Positions 19,298-27,969 of a DNA stretch of 64,000 nt are shown piece by piece. The DNA is taken from the NCBI GenBank assembly GCA_965248925.1, contig CBDFLE010000006.1:2432001-2496000 (forward strand), written 5' to 3'. The first letter of the stretch is position 1, and every line of letters starts with the position of its first letter. Position numbers and translations under genes: made by a program. The stretch is from Candidatus Multivoradales bacterium. GTDB taxonomy: Bacteria; Acidobacteriota; Thermoanaerobaculia; Multivoradales; J023. Below the pieces are notes generated by a model, which saw only the letters and a list, made by a program, of their open reading frames with translations, was not told the DNA's origin and ran no database searches.

Positions 19298-19906
19298 ATG
19301 CAATACGTCATGTGCCGGACCCTACTTGTGTGCTTGCTTGCTCTTGTTATTTTTGGATGTTCTCATGGGGCGAAGCGGGATGTTATCTCTGGAGGAACTG
19401 GACCTCTTGATACCTATCATCTTGAACGCCATCCATGGGGAGACGACGCTACGATATTTGGAGGACCAAGGTCAGAATCTCTGCAAGGTCAAGGGGTGGA
19501 GGGGGTTGGCTTGGAGATGACCTCCTGCTACGGATTTTGCCCTCAGTTTACAGTAATATTCTGCGTGGATGGCACGGCCTGGTACTGTGGCAGAGCAAAC
19601 ACGGAGCCGCTAGGGTGCTACACTGGCAAGGTCCCGATCTCGGAGTTTAAAATCGTTGCTGCTGCGATGGAAGATGTCGGATTCTTCGAACTCGATCATA
19701 CTTACGCTGACCTCAAGACCGACGATTCTTCCGCGCTGGTTGCAGGGCTCAAAGAGGGAAGGGTCGTTGTAGTTAGAGACTATGCGGAGAGCGCACCTCC
19801 TCGGCTGTGGCTGCTTGAGTTTCTTCTTGGTTCAATGGTCGATCGTGTCACTTGGGATCCTATCGATGCAAAGACTGTTGACTTCAACCAATGCGACTCG
19901 GGTTAG
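19298..19906 (+). CDS. lipoprotein immunity, paralog of 13060..13671
   Basis: AGGAGG RBS; lipobox VIFGC; shared SCYG.CP.FT..FC.DG.AWYCGRANT and RDYAES.PPRLWLLEFLLG. Confidence 0.8.
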   Translation: MQYVMCRTLLVCLLALVIFGCSHGAKRDVISGGTGPLDTYHLERHPWGDDATIFGGPRSESLQGQGVEGVGLEMTSCYGFCPQFTVIFCVDGTAWYCGRANTEPLGCYTGKVPISEFKIVAAAMEDVGFFELDHTYADLKTDDSSALVAGLKEGRVVVVRDYAESAPPRLWLLEFLLGSMVDRVTWDPIDAKTVDFNQCDSG

Positions 19907-20004
19907 GAGTTTAGGGACGCGATCAAGATCGTATCGAAGGAGGCTCGTGACAATGCTTGGAACAAGAGCTAAACGCTGTCTTGTGCCCGACTAGCGTTCA
20001 GATT

Positions 20005-21746
20005 ACGCCACCAACGATCCGCAGCGCACGGTGAATTTCAACTACGAGAAGGGTATGCTCAGGTCCGTGCCTGGATTCGCCAACAACCTCACCTACCAGA
20101 GCGGCGACATGCTGCATCAGCTCACCCACAGCGATGGTGTGGTCGACACCCAACAAGTCAGCAGCTCCAACGGCCTAGCCAGGCCGCACCAGCTGACCAC
20201 CTCCGCGGGCTGGAGCAGCGGTAAGTTCTCCTACGACGGAGCCGGCAACATCTCGGCCATCGGCAACCTGGCCTACCGTTATGACCGCCTCGGCCGATTA
20301 CGCTCCGGCCAGACCTCCGTCGGCGCCACCCTCTTCACCCAGACCGCGAGCTACGACAATTTCGGCAACATCCAGCAGCTGTCGACGCCAGGTTTCTCAG
20401 CTCTCAACCTCAACCCCAGCGCCACCACCAACCGCTTCGGCCTCTCAGGCGCCCAGTACGACGCTGCCGGCAACCTGACCGACATCACGATCGGCAGCGA
20501 GAGCTTCGACTACGCCTTCGATGGCGCCAACATGATGAAGCACTTGCGCTCGAACACCGATCAAGCGCGGGTCTACATCTACAACGCCAGCGACGAGCGG
20601 ATCCTCACCTTCGACTGCTTCGGCGCCGGCGCGACCAGCACCTGCACCACCCAGCCCGCCAGTCTCACCTGGACCCTGCGCGGGCTCGGCAACGAAGTCC
20701 TGCGAGTCTACGATCAGCCGGCTGGCGGCGCCTTCAGCTGGAGTCGAGACTACGTCCATCGCGGCGGGCAACCGCTAGCCACCATCGAGCCCGACGGCAG
20801 CGGCGGCGAGATGACCTCACATCTCCATCTTGATCATTTGGGCACCCCCCGGCAGATCACCCGTGGTGGTCAGCAGGTTGCGTTGCACAACTACTACCCG
20901 TTTGGTCAGGAAGCGACCAGCGCGGCCCAGGACGAGGTCGTGCTGAAGTTTACCGGGCATGAGCGGGACAAGACGGGGACGGGGGCGAGGAGCGAGCTGG
21001 ACTACATGCATGCTCGGCATTGTAGTCCGGTGGTGGGGCGGTTCTTGAGTGTCGATCCGGCGAAGTCTGCTAAGACTGGCACACCACAAGGTTGGAATCG
21101 ATATATCTATGGTGCCAACAGCCCAATGACCTTCGTAGATTCAGACGGACTGGCACCAACTGCTGCCCAAGTGGCCTCGAGTGCCAGTGAAACGGCTAAG
21201 AAGCACATAGTTGCCGCTGCTGGGTTGGGGGGAGGATTCCACCCTGGGTTCGCCAATTTCATTGTTGGCGCTACTCTCGATGTTTTTTCGATGGGCGACG
21301 CGACCGGCGAGGCGATCGGGACAGGTGAGGGCCTTGCGGGTGCCGTAGTCTCTGACACGCTGAGAGTGGCTGCTCTTGCGGGAGGTCTTGGAGCGACCGG
21401 CAGGGCCCTTTCCCGAGGCGCAGCATCAGCGCGTACATTCCTAGGGGGCAGGCTCGTCGCCAATGAAGTATTTGTTGGGGAGATCGGCACCGCCAGAAAA
21501 CCTGTTGAGATATTTGCGAAAGTCACATTCGAAGGAAAGACTCTTCGCCTGGACAAATTGGCTATCTTCCCAAAAGGAGCTGAAAGCCTTCAGTTGGGTC
21601 CACGGCAAATCTTGGCAGCAAGGAAAGCCCTTGAAGCAGAGGCAAGGCGACTAGGGTTTACGAAAATACGGCTCACGGTGAGCCGCCTAAGCGGCGCCAA
21701 CCCAGGAAGAACTTTCGACTTAGTCATTGACCTAGTGAGGCAATAA
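20005..21746 (+). CDS. orphan Rhs-CT cassette 4: partial core + Gly/Ala-rich hydrophobic linker + unknown toxin domain
   Basis: homology to main Rhs from 11361/2; core ends NSPMTFVDSDG; tip ends GFTKIRLTVSRLSGANPGRTFDLVIDL. Confidence 0.87.
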
Positions 21747-21759
21747 GAGGCGTGTTAAA

Positions 21760-21978
21760 ATGAACTACGAGAGATTACTAACAAGGCTTCGTAGCGAAGG
21801 CAATTCCAAGATTCAATCGATGAAGATACTTGTTGAAACAACAGATATTTCCATTGACGAGGTGAAGAATGTTGTTCACAGAAGTAGGACTTGGAAGGAT
21901 GTTGAGTCTCAAGATGATAACTTTCATGACGCGCTGGAAAGATCGAGCGATTTCTTAGCTCGGGTATCCACCGACTAG
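21760..21978 (+). CDS. small cytoplasmic putative immunity protein
   Basis: 72 aa directly after CT4, GAGG RBS, low GC, no signal peptide; decayed homolog at 23709. Confidence 0.72.
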   Translation: MNYERLLTRLRSEGNSKIQSMKILVETTDISIDEVKNVVHRSRTWKDVESQDDNFHDALERSSDFLARVSTD

Positions 21979-22024
21979 GTGCTGAGAAGTGCTGCCGCCG
22001 AGAGCGTGCCACCCACCTCGGCAA

Positions 22025-23048
22025 GACCCTGCGTGGGCTCGGCAACGAAATCCTGCGAGTCTACGATCAGCCAGCTGGCGGCGCATTCGGCTGGGCCCGA
22101 GACTATGTTCATCGAGGCGCACAGCTGCTAGCCACCATCGAGCCCGACGGCAGCGGCGGCGAGATGACCTCGCACCTGCACCTTGATCATTTGGGTACGC
22201 CTCGGCAGATCACTCGGGGTGGTCAGCAGGTGGCGTTGCACAGCTACTACCCCTTTGGTCAGGAGGCGACCAGCGCGGGTGCTGATGAGATTCAGCTTAA
22301 GTTCACCGGCCATGAGCGAGACAAGACCGGAACCGGGGCGAGGAGCGAGCTGGACTATATGCACGCACGGTATTGCAGTCCGGTGCTGGGGCGGTTCTTG
22401 AGTGTCGATCCTGTAGCCAAGGGTGAGGAGAGCAGACCACAGAGCTGGAATCTGTTTTCATACGCAGGGAATAGTCCGACAAACAGACTCGATCCCGATG
22501 GTAGAAAGGATCGAAGGACAAGCCAAGAAGTAGTGCTGACGGAGGACGCGGACGTTCAGATTGCGATTTTAGAGATTCTTAGGCAGACGCTCTTAGATAG
22601 GCCGGTGCTCCAGCGTCAAGAGGCTGGCGTAGTAGTCACAGAGGATGGTCCAAATGACTTCGGGCTAGACACGGGTGGAGTAAAGACAGATGGGAACCTT
22701 ACTCAAATTACCTTTCGTCTTCGCAAGAAAGCAGACGGCGCGATCGTTGGATTGAATAACAATCGGGTAGCTGCAACGATCCATAGTCATGTAGGAACAG
22801 CTAGAGTGGTCATAGATGGGCAGAGAAAAACGTTGGCCGGAGGGATTCCCAGCCCAGCAGATCGAAGTCAAGCCAAGGCGATCGGCGTGCCAGTTCTGAT
22901 TCTCAACGGGGAGAGGAGTATCATCAAGGTCGAGTCTGTTGGAAACAGCACGCGGTCTACGGTGATCCTCTCTGGTCGAGACATGAGGAGCTACCTACAA
23001 CGAGCGCGTGCCGCTGCCGCACCGCCAACTGGAGACCTAAATGATTGA
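22025..23048 (+). CDS. orphan Rhs-CT cassette 5: partial core (5' part frameshifted) + JAB/MPN-like toxin
   Basis: core ends NSPTNRLDPDG; QEAGVVV..ATIHSH..PSPAD = JAMM-like E..HSH..SxxD. Confidence 0.8.
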
Positions 23049-23544
23049 TTCGAGAATTGTCTTTCTGGCTCTAGCTCTAGTGGCTTTCCAGTCTTGGCCT
23101 TGCTTTCTCTCCGCGACCGAGGAAGAGAGCATCGGCGACCCAGGGTGCCCTGTCAGGTTCGGTCGAGTTTATAGAAATGAGGGCGCCACCATACTGGAAG
23201 TATTACCTTCAGATCTGCCAGAAACAATCGAGATTCTCGACCAGCCAGATGGTGCCGCGATCTTCAGAGCAGAGTCCGAAGACCCCACCGCAGTCTACGG
23301 CACCTTTTTCCTAGAACCACCAGTTGCAACCAAGACAAGCTTCTTTCCGAGATCAGGACTGAGCGCAGCGACTTGGGTCACGGTAACGTCAAATATTGGT
23401 CTTGTGGAACAGATTCCAGCAGGGATCTACCGACTGAAATTACAATATATAGGTCGTCATGAAAATGGAAGCAAGATCAAAGTTTGCCTTGCAATCTCCC
23501 CGACATTTGTCGAAGACGAGGAGTCGTTATATACGTTTCACTGA
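23041..23544 (+). CDS. secreted putative immunity protein
   Basis: overlaps toxin stop; hydrophobic N-terminal signal IVFLALALVAFQSW. Confidence 0.7.
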   Translation: MIDSRIVFLALALVAFQSWPCFLSATEEESIGDPGCPVRFGRVYRNEGATILEVLPSDLPETIEILDQPDGAAIFRAESEDPTAVYGTFFLEPPVATKTSFFPRSGLSAATWVTVTSNIGLVEQIPAGIYRLKLQYIGRHENGSKIKVCLAISPTFVEDEESLYTFH

Positions 23545-23589
23545 AGCGGGGTGGCAGCAAGCACGAAGACGGAGATGCCGATCGCGGGT

Positions 23590-23885
23590 CAGAGCTTTTG
23601 GCCTGTGCTAGTCTTGAAATGAAGGCGTCAGGGGAGATCAGGAGGATATAACCAGGAAGAGCCCTCGGTCTGGTCGTTGACATTGTCAAGCAAGGGAAGC
23701 ATATCCACATGAAGGATGAAAAACTTCGGAGGCAACTCAGGGCGAAGATAAATTCAACGATTCAATCCATGAATATACTCTTCGGGACAAGTAAGTGCCT
23801 CGTTTGGCGAAGTTAAGGGCATGGTTCACAGAAGTGGAGATTGGCAAGAAGTCGAGCCTCAAGTGATAGTTCTAACGGCCATCAG
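23590..23885 (+). pseudogene. decayed copy of CT4 3' end and its immunity gene
   Basis: PGRALGLVVDIVKQ vs PGRTFDLVIDLVRQ; MKDEKLRRQLRAKINSTIQSMNIL../GEVKGMVHRSGDWQEVEPQ vs MNYERLLTRLRSEGNSKIQSMKIL..DEVKNVVHRSRTWKDVESQ, with frameshift. Confidence 0.75.
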
Positions 23886-24141
23886 AAACCGGTGTAGTTT
23901 GGCCACTTCGCTCTTTTTTCCCAAGAACGGACTATGGTCTACGGCCATAGCAAACGCTGGCGGGCGGCCTCAATGACGAAGGTGGATCAGAGGCCGGAGC
24001 ATCGAAAAGTCCAAGATTTTCGGCGTCTTGGGAACTCTGAAAGGAAGAATTCGCGCCTGACCAACTTGCATCGAGCTGAACGAACTGAACCGAGCATGTA
24101 TGGGAGGGTCCAATCTTGGCTCGCCAGTTGCGTAGAAACCC

Positions 24142-25561
24142 CTCAGTCGGTGCCACCCTCTTCACCCAGACCGCGAGCTACGACAATTTCGGCAACATCC
24201 AGCAGCTGTCGACGCCAGGTTTCTCAGCTCTCAACCTCAACCCCAGCGCCACCACCAACCGCCTCGGCCTCTCAGGCGCCCAGTACGACGCTGCCGGCAA
24301 CCTGACCGACATCACGATCGGCAGCGAGAGCTTCGACTACGCCTTCGATGGCGCCAACATGATGAAGCACTTGCGCTCGAACACCGATCAAGCGCGGGTC
24401 TACATCTACAACGCCAGCGACGAGCGGATCCTCACCTTCGACTGCTTCGGCGCCGGCGCGACCAGCACCTGCACCACCCAGCCCGCCAGTCTCACCTGGA
24501 CCCTGCGCGGGCTCGGCAACGAAGTCCTGCGAGTCTACGATCAGCCGGCTGGCGGCGCCTTCAGCTGGAGTCGAGACTACGTCCATCGCGGCGGGCAACC
24601 GCTAGCCACTATCGAGCCCGATGGCAACGGCGGCGAGATGACCTCACAGTTGCACCTTGATCATTTGGGCACTCCCCGGCAGATCACGCGTGGTGGTCAG
24701 CAGGTGGCATTGCACAACTATTACCCGTTTGGTCAAGAGGCGACCAGCGCGGGGGCTGACGAGATTCAGCTGAAGTTTACCGGGCATGAGCGGGACAAGA
24801 CGGGGACGGGAGTGAGGAGCGAGCTGGACTACATGCATGCTCGGTACTGTAGCCCGGTGCTAGGGCGGTTCCTGAGCGTTGATCCGGCGAAGTCTTCCGT
24901 TTTGACCCAGAGCACAACCTGGAACCGGTACTCCTACGTTTCCAACAATCCGCTGCGCTACAATGATCCTTCGGGTCTACGCCAGAACCCAGTGACTGGA
25001 GGCAGGGGGATCAACTCAAAACCTGCCAACGGCGTTTTTGGAAGGATCAGGAGAAATAGCTCAAACCCGAGAATCGGTCTCTTCGGGAGAACACGGCGTT
25101 TCGCAAGTGGGAAACCTCGCCCTCACTCTGGCCTCGACATCAACGCGCCTGTTGGAACCCGCTTGTTCGCGGCAGAGGGGGGAACAGTCAGTCTCCGAAC
25201 GAATGTTCTTGCTGGTAACCAGCTCGTGATCAGGACATCCTCGGGTACCCAATTGTTCTATTCTCATCTCAATGGCTTCGCACCAGGATTGAAGAACGGA
25301 GCTACCGTGCTCGAGGGTGAAGTCATCGGAGCGTCAGGCACCACGGGAAACGCAATGGGTATAGCAACTTCGGAGGAGCATCTACATTTCACAGTCAAGG
25401 GTCCTGGTGGCGTAAGAGTAGATCCGTTGATCTGGCTCAATGACCCATACGAGGCCGATCCTAGAATCTCTTCAGAGCCACCGCCTGCACCATGTCAATG
25501 CAGTACAAACCCTCCAGACCTTCAAGGAGCGCTGATCCAGCTCTATCTCCAGGAGCCATAG
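24142..25561 (+). CDS. orphan Rhs-CT cassette 6: partial core + M23 peptidase toxin (paralog of cassette 1)
   Basis: HSGLDINAP, YSHL, HLHF motifs; homology to main Rhs from ~11670. Confidence 0.87.
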
Positions 25562-26157
25562 TGAGACATTTGGCAATAATCGTCCTCGCGGCCTTTGGCT
25601 GCTCACAAATCTTGGGCCAGTCTACGTCGCCGACTAGTTTGGACATCCATCAACTCTCAGAATTGTTACTTGTACCTCCCAACCGACTGGTCTACGAGCT
25701 GGGTTCCCCAGAGTTGGTTTTTCTCGATGGAGCTGACTCAGAAGGCCCTCCAACGCCTCATGATGGTCTTGAATTTCGCTACTCGATTGTTCTCTGGGCA
25801 AAGAGGCCCTATCCGGCCACGGTGTGGGTTCACCTTGACGCAAACTCCTTTCTTGTGAAGGCGATCAACCTTGAATTCTCCGGCCCAAGACCCGAGTTAG
25901 CAGAGTTGGAGACAGCAGCTGATGCACCAAAGCGCATAGTAGAGCATGTGATGATCTGGGATGAAGGCGAGCTGGAGGGCTGGCTGAGCGAGTGCCACCA
26001 TCCTGGCGGCCCAATTCAGAGCTGGGTGTTTCAGGATCTCGGGCTTCAGGTTCTGTTGGAAGAGGGTGCTGGCTCTGAGAAGCCGGTCGTAGACCTACTC
26101 TCGTTCTCGGCGCAGATCAAGTCTGGCGGACTTAGCTTTCCACCCTGCGACGACTAA
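25561..26157 (+). CDS. lipoprotein immunity, paralog of 15363..15959
   Basis: GTG overlapping toxin TAG; lipobox LAAFGC; shared LLVPPNRL.(F/Y)ELGSPE, GGPIQSWVFQDLGLQ. Confidence 0.8.
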   Translation: MRHLAIIVLAAFGCSQILGQSTSPTSLDIHQLSELLLVPPNRLVYELGSPELVFLDGADSEGPPTPHDGLEFRYSIVLWAKRPYPATVWVHLDANSFLVKAINLEFSGPRPELAELETAADAPKRIVEHVMIWDEGELEGWLSECHHPGGPIQSWVFQDLGLQVLLEEGAGSEKPVVDLLSFSAQIKSGGLSFPPCDD

Positions 26158-26186
26158 GGGCCCGCGAAAAGACAACTTCCGAGTAC

Positions 26187-26404
26187 CGACATCCAGAATC
26201 CCCTGGCCCCCGAGCCCGGCTCCCTCGACGTCAAGCTCTCAGAGAGCTTCCGCTACACCGGTCGTCAGGGCCTGATGTCGGAGAAGCAGACCCGCTATCA
26301 GTTCTTCGCCGGCAACTACGCCTTCACCACTGGCTTTGGCTATGACACCCAGGGCAACTTGTCGCAACTCGACTACCCCGACTGCCAGCAGGCCGATGGC
26401 GGCT
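26187..26404 (+). pseudogene. truncated Rhs core fragment (cassette 7, no toxin tip)
   Basis: matches main Rhs 11143-11360 then homology stops abruptly. Confidence 0.85.
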
Positions 26405-26431
26405 TAGGGGTTCTTCGGAGGGTCAAACGAA

Positions 26432-26734
26432 GTGAAACGACTTATCCTCGTCATAACACTGCTCGCGTTTTCACTTGTAGCGTATGCCGAGCACACACCG
26501 GTTGCGGAGTGGCTGAAGACATACAACAACTCGGTCGATCAGCCCTTCTTGACTGCGGTCGAGCTGAGGGCAGAGCAAGCGCTGACTATTCTCGAACGGC
26601 TGGGTATCGAGCCCGGTAAGGCTCAGACACCTAACTCTACGTCGATACGGGCGACTGCCGATGCCTGGGAAACAACGTTCCAATCTCCCTTTCGTCGAGC
26701 TGGATGGCCAGCGGCCAGCGGAAACCGCTGGTGA
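26432..26734 (+). CDS. small secreted protein, possible orphan immunity (may be truncated)
   Basis: GGAGG RBS, GTG start, signal peptide KRLILVITLLAFSLVAYA. Confidence 0.55.
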   Translation: MKRLILVITLLAFSLVAYAEHTPVAEWLKTYNNSVDQPFLTAVELRAEQALTILERLGIEPGKAQTPNSTSIRATADAWETTFQSPFRRAGWPAASGNRW

Positions 26735-26790
26735 GATTATTCACCAGCTCGTCTGTTGGGAGACGTAGTCCCGTACGTGAGACCCGTTGG

Positions 26791-26818
26791 CAAGAAAGTC
26801 CTGAGATGGCATCCCGCC
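26791..26818 (+). repeat. 28-bp motif copy 2, originally upstream of XRE gene 29766
   Basis: identical to 2253-2280. Confidence 0.85.
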
Positions 26819-27019
26819 GACTCCGGCTACTCGCCGTCCTTCGGTAGAGTTGCCTATTCCGACGAAACTGACCAGCCATTCCGATCGAAACCGACCACTT
26901 GTCGGAGCGAAGCGACGCTGGCGCTCTCCTCAGTTGTAGGTGTCCACTTTCGCTGTAGCTGGAGCCCTCCTTCCGGTTCTTCTTCTTGGTTGATTGTATT
27001 CAAATAACCCGTCGTCGGG

Positions 27020-27123
27020 GCTGTGCGTAGCTGTGGGAAACGCGGGTGGGTGGCCGGGGGGCGTTTTCCAAGCGGCTGTGGGAATCGCAGAGCGATTTCC
27101 ACAGCCGCGGCAGCTTCCACAGT
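27020..27123. other. structured non-coding element (two hairpins in an enclosing stem) in IS21 end downstream of istB
   Basis: GGAAACGC/GCGTTTTCC hairpin; GCGGCTGTGGGAATCGC-aga-GCGATTTCCACAGCCGC hairpin; outer CTGTG..AGCTG / CAGCT..CACAG. Confidence 0.6.
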
Positions 27124-27204
27124 CCATCTTGGGTCGGGTCCGGATCGGGCCGCAGGCCCGCTGATGGGTCAGGATCGGCGATCGCTTCAGCATGCTCTTG
27201 GATC

Positions 27205-27969
27205 TCACCTTGCCTCTCGCTGGGCGGCCTTGCGAATACCGCCGGCTCTCTTCGCCCGCATGGAGTCACCGTCCACCGCGAGCTTGTAGGCGCCGTGGAC
27301 AATGCGATCGAGGATGGCGTCGGCCAAGGTCGGATCGCCGATGACCTCGTACCAGCTCTCAACCGGTAGCTGGGAGGTCACCAGCGTGGAGCGGTTGCCG
27401 TAGCGGTCCTCAAGAATCTCGAGCAGGTCGCGCCGCTCGCTGGCCCCGATCGGCGCCAGCCCCCAGTCGTCGAGGATGAGCAGGTCTGTGCGAGCATAGC
27501 TCTTGAGCAGCTTCTCGTAGCTACCATCACCCCGCGCGATGGCGAGCTGGCGAAACAGCCTCGGCACCCGCAGGTACAAAGCGGTGTAACCCTCCCGACA
27601 TGCCTTGTGCGCGAAGGCGCAGGCGAGAAAGGTCTTGCCCACCCCGGCCTTGCCGGTGATCAGCACGTTGAGATGCTCGGCGATCCACTGGCACGAGGCC
27701 AGGCGCAGGATCTGGCCTTTGTCCAGGCCCCTCTTGGCTCGCCAGTCGATGTCTTCGATGGCCGCCTGCTCGCGCAGCTTGGCTTTTCGCAACCGCGCTA
27801 TCAAGCGGCGGCTGGATCGCTCGGTCGCTTCGCGCTCGACCAGCAGCCCGAGGCGCTCTTCGAAGGAGAGCTCTGAGACATCGACCATCGACAGCTGCTC
27901 CTCAAAGGCTTTGGCCATACCGTGGAGCTTGAGCGCGGCGAGTTGATCGAGCGTCGCGTGCCTCAGCAT
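27205..27969 (-). CDS. istB: IS21 helper AAA+ ATPase
   Basis: LSFEERLGLLVERE, GKAGVGKT, LLILDDWG, TSQLP..W..IGDPTLADAILDR. Confidence 0.95.
   Translation of the reverse strand: MLRHATLDQLAALKLHGMAKAFEEQLSMVDVSELSFEERLGLLVEREATERSSRRLIARLRKAKLREQAAIEDIDWRAKRGLDKGQILRLASCQWIAEHLNVLITGKAGVGKTFLACAFAHKACREGYTALYLRVPRLFRQLAIARGDGSYEKLLKSYARTDLLILDDWGLAPIGASERRDLLEILEDRYGNRSTLVTSQLPVESWYEVIGDPTLADAILDRIVHGAYKLAVDGDSMRAKRAGGIRKAAQREAR

Noticed and set aside
11143-26404. Repeated blocks as CRISPR array, DGR template or assembly duplication
   Set aside because: Repeats are 0.2-1.4 kb coding Rhs cores with scattered synonymous differences and distinct tips; no short repeat-spacer pattern, no reverse transcriptase, no obvious adenine-specific variation.
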